A DNA stretch of 64,000 nt from Tubiluchus corallicola (lineage: Eukaryota; Animalia; Priapulida), in contig JAQGDQ010000149.1 of NCBI GenBank assembly GCA_030141605.1, forward strand, positions 421,789 through 485,788, in the 5' to 3' direction. A program made the translations under genes and the position numbers. A model generated the notes under the pieces. The model had not been told where the DNA came from. It saw only the letters and a list, made by a program, of their open reading frames with translations, and made no database searches. Below are positions 25,501 through 36,779 of the stretch, in pieces; within the stretch, counting starts at the first letter, position 1; the number at the start of each line of letters is the position of its first letter.

Positions 25501-27945
25501 TGATATTATACTGATAAACAAACAAATTTGTGCAGCAAAATCTTGACATCAGCTTGTACATTTTGATAAAACTGATTTAATTGTGTGCCTTTTTGTTTTG
25601 TTACTGGAAGGATACAAAATTTATGTGATACACATTAAAACTAATATACCAGCAAATTTTTGTTAGCTCACATCTTACCAATGATCTTATAAATTCTCAC
25701 CAGTTTGCCCTAGATACATTTTGTAAATTTTTTCATAGACAATGCATTTTTATAGTAGAGTGGTTAATGTCAAAATACAGTTTTAAGAATTGTTCGTTTT
25801 GTGATAAAAGTGCTTACTTTGGTTCATCTAGATGGCATTCAAATCTAGAAGTTTCATTCTATGGTGGTTCTACCAGAATCTCTCAGTGGAATCAGGGAGG
25901 ATCCTATGATGAAGTTAGGGTACCAAGGGTCCATAATGTTATATGCCTAACTTTACTGATAAATTATGTGCTCTACATAACTGCTATAGACATTTAGATC
26001 TTGTACTATTGTTTTAGAGGTGGTTCCACTACTGTCTTCCAGTGGGACGAGGGCAGATCCCAGTGATGAAGTACAGTAATCCCAGAATACAGTCAAACCT
26101 CGTTATGGTATCTCCTCCTTTACAATGCCAACCTCGTTTCATGTGCAAGTTTTCAGCAAAACAAAATGTTTGTATTTGCATAGACATTATGTATTCCCCA
26201 TAACTGCTAAAGTTATTTTACAGAAATGAAGTAGAACTTAATGTATTTTATATTGTAATCATCACACTAGAGGCTAACGTCCTGTTTAGAGGGTTGAAGA
26301 AATTAAGTCTGAATATCTGATCAAATATACATGTAAATATTATTTTTGTTCTGTATCACTAGCTTTAAAGCTTCTGGACTACCTAATTGAAACTTGATAC
26401 CTTGTACATATAGTCTAAGATGAAGGGGAAGGTGATTTCAAATGACACACAAATACATGACACCAGATCAAGCTGCAGAGTTTTTTGAATGGGACTGTTA
26501 TAAGGTAATATGAACGACATTTATTATTATGCTACAAAATTGTACAGTTTTACGTGATTACAGATACGGATACTAAAATTGAAAACATACAAATTCACAA
26601 TAGTTCAGTGCAATGAAGTTACAATTTGTACAGCTTCACTTTTCACTGACAAAAAAAACAAAATGAAACAGTTTTATAAAGATAACTGATAAGCAATGAC
26701 ACGTGCCAAATTCGATACTATAACGATAAAAACAATTTTTTAGTACCGATAAGATAATCGATAATTATCTATATGTACCGTTATCGTTAACTTCCCTAAC
26801 TTACTGCATATTCATTCAGCGCTAGCTTTAGAAAAATATAGAATGATTTGTTTAGTTGTTTGTGCTAGCTACCAACTGGAAAACGACCAGATCAATTAAT
26901 AAGCAAATGCTCATCTTGTCAGATCTTAACTTAATGCTTGAGTACAATATCAAGTAACAATTCTTGTAAACTTTTTTGTCTATCTCTTGTTGCATTTGCA
27001 ACAGTGCTTTTACACCTGCTAAGTAGCTTATAATTTTTCCAGACTTAACTATGCGGTCATAGTCATGAAAGTAAAACTTCAAAAGTTCTAAAAATTTTGA
27101 GGACATTGGGCAATGAACGAGGACTCATGCAATTTTAACTACTGGATAACATTGTAGGCTTGCAGCATAGCACAGAAAAAACGTACTCTTGCATGAACAA
27201 GACAATGGCATGACGGCGCTGGTACCCAAGTGTCTAACACCCAGATGGTTGCAGCAAAAAATGGCCCGTTGCCACCTGCAAGGCTCCAATGAATAAGTTT
27301 ATAGCATGATTTACCAGCTTTTGGAAATTCCCCAATTTGTGCTCAGTATCTCGCGGTATAAAGTCCACAGTAGACTTAGGTTTAGATGCAATCTGATCCA
27401 TGTGATTAGTCCACTTGAGATCGCGTCAGATATTGACATCAAAGTGAGGATTCGTCTTCTTCGTTATGCTGATGATCTCAAACTTGTCAGAATGAAATTC
27501 CATCTTCTATTTGCTTGACCATGCTACAAGACTGTCCAGACCCTCTTGGAGCATTTTGGTAAATTGTCCGTTCTTTAGTGCTAAGTAAGACATGGTGTCG
27601 TTAGCAAACAAGCGAACTTCAGACCAGAAACAATGAAGGAAATCAATGGATACTATCAAGTATCATGGGAATAAAGGGATAATTATAGGAAATGCAATTC
27701 AGGATTCAAATTTAAGGTAATTAAAATGCTAAGACTCACTTGAACTGCAAATAAATAGGATACGTATGTGACATCGCTGGCATATACACATAGTGAAAAC
27801 TTCCATACATAAATACTGATAGCCACAAAAGTAATAAGAACACTGCAAAAGTAACAAATGCCTTAACAAGCTTCTCTTTTATTAAGTGAAACCATTGGAA
27901 AATGCGCCGGTTCGCTAATTTTATGATGTGAAACGCGTCAAACAT
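19575..27945 (-). CDS. BSCL2: Seipin (lipid-droplet assembly protein, two TM helices flanking a luminal domain), 8 coding exons
   Basis: Phase-consistent exons (minus): 27945-27740 (..[19 protein letters not shown]..), 24978-24897 (CSFPAANIS), 24508-24433 ([25 protein letters not shown]), 24308-24241 (MFMV..SARS), 22070-21936 ([11 protein letters not shown]), 20951-20854 ([25 protein letters not shown]), 20595-20393 ([13 protein letters not shown]2), 19819-19575 (acidic tail). These are hallmark seipin motifs. The last donor (GTGTGT) is weak. Confidence 0.93.
22886..24019. mobile_element. pogo/Tigger-type MITE, copy 2, embedded in a CA/CACG microsatellite
   Basis: CAGTCGAATTCC at the left, GGGATTCGAC at the right. 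Homologous to 16914-17634. CA-rich repeats on both flanks. Confidence 0.65.
27400..27620 (+). pseudogene. Decayed non-LTR retrotransposon RT fragment in BSCL2 intron 1
   Basis: ORF 27306-27518 contains [12 protein letters not shown] (RT catalytic YADD in a CR1/Jockey-like context); otherwise degenerate. Confidence 0.45.
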
Positions 27946-28349
27946 TATTTTGCAACTACTAACAGTTTACATTTATTAGTTTAGAAATAAAACGTTCGCA
28001 ATCTTGTTCTCGACTCAAACTCATGCACGCCGCCATTAACCAAAAATACAAATTTGTAAACTTGCTTACTTGCATCACTTGCAATCTTGCGCTAAACTCA
28101 CGCTGACTTCTTTGTAGAGAATGCCAGCACCTCTCTATACTTTTACAACTTTCAGAACTATCAAACTCTAATTCGTAATTATCAATGCCATTTTCAGAAT
28201 AAACAATTTCAAGTTCAAAACAGTCAAAATCAAATTTGGAATAATCAACATCAATTTCAATACTACAACTCAATACTGAGTTTACGATTAATTAAAGGCA
28301 GTGGCTAGAGGTACGGATCCGTTCTCGTCTTTTCTGCGATACCGAATAC

Positions 28350-30140
28350 GGATCCGTATTCGTAGCTATTTTTGCAACAAATGCGGAACCATGCTTTTTG
28401 TGACATTTACAAAATATACAGATTTTGACCATTTTTACGACATACGGTGTCTGACCATGTGCCTCTTAGCTTCACATTAACAAACAGTTTTCAACAATAG
28501 GGCACACATACCAAGCCTAGTCAATTTGTTGCCCGTATTTACGGATATTACGGAACGAGGATGTTCAATTTCACTCAATTCGCGCATTTGCGGATATTTA
28601 CAGTTGCGTATTTTGCGGTTGTTGATACTTTAGACACGGATCTGTATTCATAGCTATTTTTGCAACAAATACGGAATCGTGCTTTTTGTGACATTCATTG
28701 GCGTATGGGATGGGCCGGAAACAATTAGCATGCACAAAATTGAAAATATACTAGTTGCTGGGTTCTCCGCAGGTCTCCTATTGTTTATAAAAATCTTATC
28801 ACTTCCTGTCTTCGGTGCGCGCGCATTGATTATTCGCCAGTGATTATCAAAGTCAAATTCCCCATTATTTCATATTATTTACAAAACCCGAGTTTGTGCT
28901 TTGCGATTTCTGGTCCTTTATTTATTTAGGATCTGGACTCACTGCCTGTATTGTACTGCATTGTGTTGCCGGAAAAATCAATTTTTCTTAATTATCTCAA
29001 AAACGACCGCACTGATTTCAAAGGACTGCAGCTGAGATTGTTGATTACACGCAAGAACACTCCATCATGTCTATACTTCCAACTTTTTCAAAGGTTGTCA
29101 TAATTTTAGCATCTATTCCGACCACGTCTTGTTCCGCCGAACACTCCTTCAGTGCCCTTCGCCGTTTGAAAACATACTTGAGAAATACGATGGGCCAGGC
29201 ACGTCTCTCTAACTTAGCCATTCTAAACATTGAGCGTTAGGTGACCAACTGCGTAATGAGGAACAAGATGGAGCAAATAATTGATATATTCGGCCACCGA
29301 AACAAACGTGATAAATTCTTTTTCTGACCGACATGAGAAAGTGGCAAGTGTCTGTGCATAGTTGCTTTCTTAATTCTTGCATCTTGCGTGGTGATTGCTA
29401 ATTTGACAGATTATGTAACCGATTTGTATATCAGTCATGAAATATGGATAATTCCTCTTTACTGGTTCATTGCTCTGTCATCTCAGTCATTCAGTGTTCA
29501 CTGGAAATGAACTGTTCTGTTTTGGAAGTTATCGCCACACTTCTAGTTTTTATGACACTGTTTATACCATAATCAATGACAATGTTTGAAACCTAATGAT
29601 CCAGGTGCTTGTGCATAATCAAACAAGCACAGCTTATCAAGATATCTGGCCATATAAGTCATATCATGTGTTGTGCATCACATTTCAATATGGCTAATAA
29701 ATAATGTGGATCAGCTTCATGAGTTCAGTCTTATGTCATCTAATGACGCCTTTTTGTATTTGCTATCTGGAACTTAGTAAGGTGTACTTGTTGAAACGGG
29801 GGCCTAAAAATCGGGTGAAATTCTAAGAATTCTGGCAAAGAATCCTCTGCCCCCCCCAAAATGCAGGGACCCCGTATGCTTATGGTGACATTTACAAAAC
29901 ATACGGATTTCGACAATTTTTACAACATACGGCGTTTGACCATGTGCCACCTAGCTTGACATTAAGAAACGGTTTTCAACAATAAGACACACATACCAAG
30001 GCTAGTTAATTGGTTGCCCATATTTTGCGGATATTATGGATACGAGGATATTCCATTTCACTCAATCCGTGAATTTTGAGGATGCGGATATTTACAGTGC
30101 GGATTTTGCGGTTGCTGACACTTAGAGACTCGGATCTGTA
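28350..30140. repeat. Two tandem ~290-bp units, the second interrupted by a hAT element
   Basis: Unit 1 at ~28351-28637. Unit 2 at ~28638-28695 plus ~29893-30140 (GGATC.GTATTC.TAGCTATTTTTGCAACAAAT..GCTTTTTGTGACATTTACAAAA..GACCATGTGCC..). Confidence 0.8.
28696..29884 (+). mobile_element. Internally deleted hAT DNA transposon with a C-terminal dimerisation-domain remnant
   Basis: 8-bp TSD GTGACATT (28688-28695 and 29885-29892). Imperfect TIR CATTGGCGTATGGG / CCCGTATGCTTATG. The plus frame at ~29075-29325 reads LPTFSKVVIILASIPTTSCSAEHSFSALRRLKTYLRNTMGQARLSNLAILNIER*..IIDIF (hATC) with an in-frame stop. Confidence 0.9.
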
Positions 30141-30189
30141 TTTTTAGTTGCTGCAGTCCGGATACTAACTATCAACCAATCTCTGTTTA

Positions 30190-30785
30190 ATTATTACCGT
30201 TCAATTTGCCTGATCCGAGACCTTTCTTTTGATGTACTACAAGCCAGTTTCGGTTGACACTGGAAGGCACTTCTTTCCTCGACCCTTATTTTGCCCCCTA
30301 GCGGGGTCGCAGGCTGTAACCCATGCCATTCGATTCGTCCCATCGAGGTCTTTCATTTGATATGCTACATAGATGCATTTCTGTTCCCAATCCGGTTTTT
30401 GTCCCTAGTGGAAAATTTTCCTAAACGCGCTAATCCAATGCAAGGCCACGAACCCACCTAGCAATATACCAAATATTGTGGCCCAGGCTCAACAACTGTG
30501 GGAGCAGATGGATCAAAAGGAAAAATAATTAATGACCCGCCCGCACCATGACATTTGTCCCGGGCAACTCGGGTCACATGAATACACTGTACATAGATAA
30601 CTTTACCAAGAGAGTGTTGTTTTGTGTCCCTAGCCCTCAGCACGTAAAAGGTCACCAATTGGGGACCTCAAATCTTGCATATTGGCCCTCCTTCAGGGGT
30701 TTAAAACTTGTCAGATTTTTAAAACCCCAGGTGCAGATCTACCCCACAGTACGCATATATTTGTGAAAAAAAATCGGAAAAACTG
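30190..30785. mobile_element. Second, truncated copy of the repeat at 14128-15283
   Basis: Colinear similarity, e.g. TTTGATGTACTACAAGC..GACACTGGAAG, GGGAGCAGATGGATC, AAAAGGTCACCAATTGGGG, AAACCCCAGGTGCA.ATCTACCCCACAGTACGCATA. Lacks the 123-bp duplication. Confidence 0.8.
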
Positions 30786-31383
30786 CGAAATAGTGAAAAT
30801 AATATAAAATATAAATTCATATAAAATATTGCTCACTTTTGCATTATATTGTTAGTATCACACAGGAGCGCCATTTTGCAAGACGCACAAGAAAGATTTT
30901 TGGGCCCAATTATACCATCATCGCTAGCTGTTTAACTCCAGTATTGCTGTTAAAAATTTTTTTGAGGTAATATTCAGTTATAAGAAACATTTTGATAATT
31001 AGTATAGCTAATAAAATGTATATGTCTAAAAAGTGTGTCTAAAAAGTCACCAAGTGTCCTTCATTGCAGGCTTGCAGCTTGTCAACATTATTCATTTCAG
31101 TATTTTGATGCAGAGTAAATTATTCTAACTAATCCACGAATAAAAAACTTTGAACAAATCAATGCAATGTTCAGCAATTAATTGCAAATAGGGTTTGTTT
31201 TATATAGATCTACATAAAAGCAAGAAATTGGGCTATGAAACGAGTTGTTACATTAAGATGAAAATATTTATCAAAAAAGCTTGTCACGAAATTATTCAAG
31301 CTTTATGAAATTATTTCATAATATTGAGGGCATTTAATCATTACTCAGAACAAAAAGACACATAAGTAGACTCCAGTTAAAAC

Positions 31384-32898
31384 TCAATCATCATTGGAGC
31401 TAAAATTAGTCCTTAATGGTGTTATAGTGTGGTGATAGTTTTCCTGTGTGGAATTACGAAGAGCTGCAGCAGCATGAGTAAGTTGCAAAGCGGCATCTGG
31501 ATGAACACCAGCCGGCAGCATTGAACACTCCCTCTCTAATATTGATGCAAGTCCGTCTAATAATTCATGAAAACCAAAAGCCAGAGCAGCTTTACGTAGT
31601 CTGTTCATTTCTTTGTAAAACTGCTGCTGCTTCTCTGGCAATTTTCTCCCATGTCGCAGTATCTTTTGAATATCAGTTTGCAATCCTGTCTGCCTGATCC
31701 AAACAACACAGTTCTGAGTGTAGCTGTGTCGCTCAGACGGTTTTACGGGAAAAGGGGGTTGAGTGCCATCGCTATGAAAGTCATTTAATGGGAAAAGCTT
31801 ATCAAGCCTTCCTAACCAAGGTACAGATTCTTCTCCTTGTTCAAACACAGACAACATTAAATTGGACTTCTTTTTGCTATCAGCCCAAGAGTACAACATT
31901 CCATACCAGTCATCACTCAATAGACAAATAGCAACCATGCTTTCAACTTTTAAACTTCCATGTAGCAGAACACAAAAGGAAGGACACTTGCTGTTAGCCT
32001 CGCTGTCAACTTCATCTTCGTCTTCTGTGCCGTGACTTTCAAAATCTTTCACTTTGCCATTCTTAGTTTTTGATGGAGGTATTCTGGGAAGCACAAGATG
32101 ACGTGAAATTATTGGTGGGCTGGCTACATCAGCCAAATCCAGAAAACCGCAAACAGAAATAATGCTATTCTTACTAGCAGCTTTTGCTTCTGACACCTTT
32201 GTAAAAACCTTTGGAGACGGGAACACTACCACACGTGACGTAAGATTTCCACAACACAGTAAACTGTTACAAGGTGTATAATTGGCATCGACTAGTTTAC
32301 TAAAGCATTTTTCAATGCTATGTACAGATGGCTCACTATCGAGCAAAACAACATCACCAGAAATATGCATTTGATCCAATACTTTTTCATACAGCATCAC
32401 TGATGTTTGTGTTACTGCATCTTTGGGGTCGGCTATTAAAACAAAACTTAAATGAACAGGAAATGGAAATGGAAGTGGAAAATCATCAGAAAGTTTTTTG
32501 GAATTCATAGATTGGAAAAGAGGACCAATTCCACCACCATCAGTTATCACTATAATATTTACTGGTTGATTCGTTCCCCATTCATCCATAATTAAGGGCG
32601 TTACTCCAGATAAGACACTTTCCAGATAGGTTTTATCAAAACATTCGATGTTGTCTAATGCACTCTTAAGCTTACAATAGTCCCGAGTAAATGGCACAAG
32701 CACTTCCCAGAGAGAAGAAAACTGAACTAGCATGCTAAATTCTAATTTCAAGTGTACAGAAATGTGTTCAAAAAGCAATTTTAGCCCTCGTATTGCCAAG
32801 CTTATACAAGTGTGAGATTCGCTACTGTTGCCTGATTGGCTACAAGAAAGAGGCTTTGCCATGGACAGTGAGACATCGAGTAAAACCACAGTGGGCAT
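31384..32898 (-). CDS. INTS14: Integrator complex subunit 14 (VWA9), single coding exon
   Basis: Open ORF with likely ATG at 32898: MPTVVLLDVSLSM (VWA), KLEF..FSSLWE, PSFCVLLHGSLKVE, WYGMLYSWADSKKKSNLMLS, GLQTDIQKILRHGRKLPEKQQQFYKEMNRLRKAALAFGF..HPDAALQLTHAA, all characteristic of INTS14. A splice acceptor TTTTTCTTTCAG lies just upstream of the ATG. Confidence 0.95.
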   Translation of the reverse strand: MPTVVLLDVSLSMAKPLSCSQSGNSSESHTCISLAIRGLKLLFEHISVHLKLEFSMLVQFSSLWEVLVPFTRDYCKLKSALDNIECFDKTYLESVLSGVTPLIMDEWGTNQPVNIIVITDGGGIGPLFQSMNSKKLSDDFPLPFPFPVHLSFVLIADPKDAVTQTSVMLYEKVLDQMHISGDVVLLDSEPSVHSIEKCFSKLVDANYTPCNSLLCCGNLTSRVVVFPSPKVFTKVSEAKAASKNSIISVCGFLDLADVASPPIISRHLVLPRIPPSKTKNGKVKDFESHGTEDEDEVDSEANSKCPSFCVLLHGSLKVESMVAICLLSDDWYGMLYSWADSKKKSNLMLSVFEQGEESVPWLGRLDKLFPLNDFHSDGTQPPFPVKPSERHSYTQNCVVWIRQTGLQTDIQKILRHGRKLPEKQQQFYKEMNRLRKAALAFGFHELLDGLASILERECSMLPAGVHPDAALQLTHAAAALRNSTQENYHHTITPLRTNFSSNDD

Positions 32899-34869
32899 TG
32901 TGGATAAATTGTAATCTGAAAGAAAAACAAACAACTTGAAATTTGAAAACTATATTTGCGATATACTTGTCGCAATCATTTAATTCTTTTACTCTCTGTA
33001 TATAGGTCGTAAATTTCAGATCATGTTTCACAGTTATTATAAACTGCTTGCACTATCTAATACAAACTATATACAAACAATTATGATGGCTGATTCATAA
33101 TGTATGTTTATCGTCACCCCATCACAACTACTTTGGTTACAAATTGTGTTTCTTTGCGTGTTCTGTATGTCTGGGATAAAAATGAATTTGCTTCAAATCA
33201 GTTTCTAGAGATTAGACTTTTAAGTCACCGAGCCATGTTGTGTTAAATCCATCTTGTTATTTCTTAACTGAAAATGATGAACAGTTTTATGAAACAAAAG
33301 GATACCGATATATACAATAAAGCATAACTGCACACAACTTTTCAAAATAAAATTATGAGTACATAAATTATAATGATAAAGATGGTATAGTTCATCAAAA
33401 AGCCAATGTCTACAACAGACGTAATGGGGCTGTTGGGAGCGGAGAAGGACACTAGCCGATGTAGGACAATTGGAGTACATGGGCTTCCCAAGTAGCACAC
33501 TAGAGACAGCTAATGAATTGAGTCGTTAACCATACTGGCAGTGTCCATTGTCCTTGTTTATTTAATAGTAATGATTGAAAATGTCAGTATACGGTGAATA
33601 ATTTATTATAGATCTGATAATACAAAAGAATCTTATTGTGTGCTATTAGAACAGCTAATATTAAATTAGGGTTCAATATTAATGTTTGAAGCAAAATAAG
33701 CCCACTTTTTAGGCAATTCCAATGTTTGCTTGAGATATATGTTTTTTATTTGTCTCGCTTCACAGACAGGTGATCCGTTTCACTACCTCTTGGGCAAATA
33801 GTTGTTTTCTATTAAGTAAACGGGCTAGCAAGCTATGTGCCCTACACAGTTTCTCTCTTTAAAGCATTAGATACTTAGTTTAATGTTATGATGATATTAA
33901 TGGTTCTAATAATAATGATGATATTAATAATTTAATTATTATTGCAAAAAATACATTTGTATTGTAAATCGCCAAGGACTATCCACCATTATTATAAAGT
34001 TACTTTTTTCTAAAGCAAATTTAGTTTTATTATGTCATAATTCTCGATGGAAACCGCCAGTGCTCTACTTGGACTGCCCATGTACGACACTGTCGTTCCG
34101 CAAATTTAGTACATGCGCTTTAGCGGAAGTGTCCTACTTCGGCTAGTGGCGTACTCCGCGTCGTACAAGGCATATGATGATGATGAGTATCCGTAGCTTA
34201 CGCCTACTTCCTTGCAGCCTCTTCTAAATTCAGTGCACAGCATTACGCGAACGTATATTTTTTAATTACCAAAGTACTATTCTGTACAATATACAATTAT
34301 ACAAATACGTTATCAACAAGCCGTAGTCTGTAGTCATGTCGCTAAAATAATAAACGCACCGCAGAACACACCAATGCAATTTACTTCGTTTTATTTAGTA
34401 GGTTTATTTATTTATTTACAGTATTAAAGTGTCCGTACATTCAATAATATTTTAACTGCATAAAGCACCAAAAATGCACAATAGCAAAAAAGACAAGTTA
34501 AAATGGATCTCACGGGGGAATTACAATGAATAAAATTACTATCTACATAATGTTTACAAAAATACATTGTGTTAAGAAGACAATTTTCATTAATATTTGG
34601 CCAAAATAGTTTCCTGGAGACAGCATTATTTTAGTTTTACCAGTGGAGGCTAGGGGGAGGGAGGGGCAAGTATGGTATGGAACGTTCACGTTCGAATTCG
34701 ATTTGAGTGAGTTCTTTTAGTTCAAATTCAGTTCGAACATAAAATTATAGATTCGTATAGTTCATGGCTTCAACTAGATACAGATACGTTCTTTATAATT
34801 GAAATATTTGAAAAATCATGAATCCGCAAAATTTAACCCCCGATTTTTGTGCACAATTGTTTTAAACAT

Positions 34870-35540
34870 TTTAGTGTTAGACAATTTCTCGACCAATTCT
34901 ATTCTGCTTTGGAATCCTATAAACCATTCCTTATTGATCAACAATATGCTGATGACATAGGCTGGGTAAATGTATCAAATTGTCAAACTAACACAATAAA
35001 AAGGGTTTTTCCAAAAAAACAGAAATATTCGAGTAAACCAGTCAAAAATAGAAGAATATAATTATTACTACAATTGTAATCAGTCTTGGAAAAAGTGCAA
35101 GTATATGGGCACTTTTTTAAGCACCGAAGATGACGTTAAAAGTAGAAAGCAATAAGCAATGCATGCTTTTCTTCAACACAATAATGTATTAACTAGCAAG
35201 AAACTGAGTCTTAGCATAACACTTCAATTATTTAATGCTTACGTTGCCCGCATATTTATGTACAACATTGAAACATTAGGCTTAACGATTACTCAAGAAA
35301 AGCAGATTGACACATTTTATAGAAGTCTTCTAAGGTTTGGAAGATAAGATAATCAAAATTGAAGATTTATACACCAGAACGAAAGAGTCCTTGGAGTTTA
35401 AAATCAAGACACGAAGATTAAGATGGCTGGGACACCTTCTAAGATTACCAAGTGAAGTACCAGTAAGAATAGCCTTATAGGAAGCCTTGAAACCTTACAA
35501 AAACCACCTGGCAAACCAAAAGCAACCTGATAATTTGGTT
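34870..35540 (+). mobile_element. Decayed LINE 3' fragment (RT C-terminus; RTE/L2-like)
   Basis: QQYADDIGW, KCKYMG, LQLFNAYV..IFMYNIET, IDTFYRSLLR and RRLRWLGHLLRLP across frameshifts and stops. Confidence 0.75.
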
Positions 35541-35630
35541 ACTACGGCAATAATACAGAGATCGTTGATTAATTATATCAAGGTCATTCTTATTATCACT
35601 TGAAATAACGTGTCCCAAACATTTTTCTGC
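35530..35630 (-). mobile_element. Small LINE RT fragment in the opposite orientation
   Basis: KCLGHVISSDNKNDLDIINQRSLYYCRSN resembles the (K)YLGH..D..DI thumb region of L2-group LINEs. Confidence 0.4.
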
Positions 35631-36779
35631 AGAGAGAGAGAGAGAGATGTGTAAAAAATATTTCTGGCAAATACTTTTTTGCGAAACGAGTTTTCTAGCA
35701 ATTTTTTTTCTGGGGGAAAAAACTTTTGTGTGAGACACTTTTTCTGGGAAACGGACCTGAACCCTCCCGCAGTGGAGTCCGTGACTTACGTTGTGGCAAT
35801 AAGCATTTGAGACTATTAATGGTCGAAGAAAGTCTGTTCCGGTAAGTAGTTTTTCAACTGTTTTGGGCCATTAAGGATACAAAATTTAGGTTTTGATTCA
35901 AAAACAGCAATTATTACTTTTTAACCTGCGAATTAACTAGTTTTCATAAGCTAGCTTTTATATTACACTTGGCTGCGATAAATGCTTTTATCTGATACAA
36001 ACGTTTACAGTTAACAATAGTGTATGCTGGGATTTTGTATTGCAGTCGAAACCGTCAAAACACATAACGAACTTCTGTGCCACAGTGTAGCTTACAATGG
36101 AATGCCCAGTAGCAAACAAGCATTCACAAATTGGATCATGTCAAAATAAATCAGCTATTGTTGCGCTCGTTGCAAAAAGAGAGCTTGTGGAAAATGCACT
36201 GGCATTAAGTAAACATTGGTTGCTGGCATAAATTGTAAATCTCACTAGTCAAATTTGCAATTACTATTGGATTTATATGCAGATATCTCGACATGTTAGG
36301 CTTATCAATTCAAAATTTAATACATGGACAATTACTAAAATCTATAAGGCACTGTATAATACATATGTATAGGGAATTACAAGGCATCAATAATACTGAG
36401 GTATTTATTGTTCATGTATCGAAAATTTGTTTTATTGTGATTTTTACGTTAATAAAGCTCAGGGGAGAAACCCATGGTCAGGTACATTAACCTGGTTATC
36501 TATTTGTAACAGGACTGAAACTGTCAGAAATGTTTTTATGATTGTCGTTAAGATAGGGTTAGGCGATTATCCATTTTTAAAGTAAACCTCGATATGTATT
36601 TCTTTAATTGTTTGTGTCTCATTAATTTGAACGTTTAATCATTTTTATTTAGTCATTCGTACTTCCTGTTTCAAAAGTTCACAAACCAACAATAAAAAAC
36701 AGACAAGATTTGATTAAAACGTGGCCACAACAAAATACATTATTATTTGATTCAAGTCAATTTTCTATTCACTTATAAC

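Noticed and set aside
25860-26075. Two similar blocks (GGTGGTTC..CAGTGG..AGGG..GATCC..TGATGAAGT) resembling C/D snoRNAs or a mini-exon
   Set aside because: The C-box-like motifs are antisense to the host BSCL2 intron, with no matching D box or terminal stem; better explained as degenerate repeat motifs.
27959-28273. 104-aa minus-strand ORF just upstream of BSCL2
   Set aside because: Non-ATG start in low-complexity repeats; stops before the seipin ATG and no family is recognised.
25000-28300. Looked for a G-protein gamma gene at the BSCL2 5' end as in human (GNG3)
   Set aside because: No DPL..NPF..CaaX-type coding segment recognised.
32899-32934. N-terminal extension MFVFLSDYNLST on INTS14
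   Set aside because: Non-ATG start lying in a polypyrimidine tract/acceptor; homologues begin at MPTVV.
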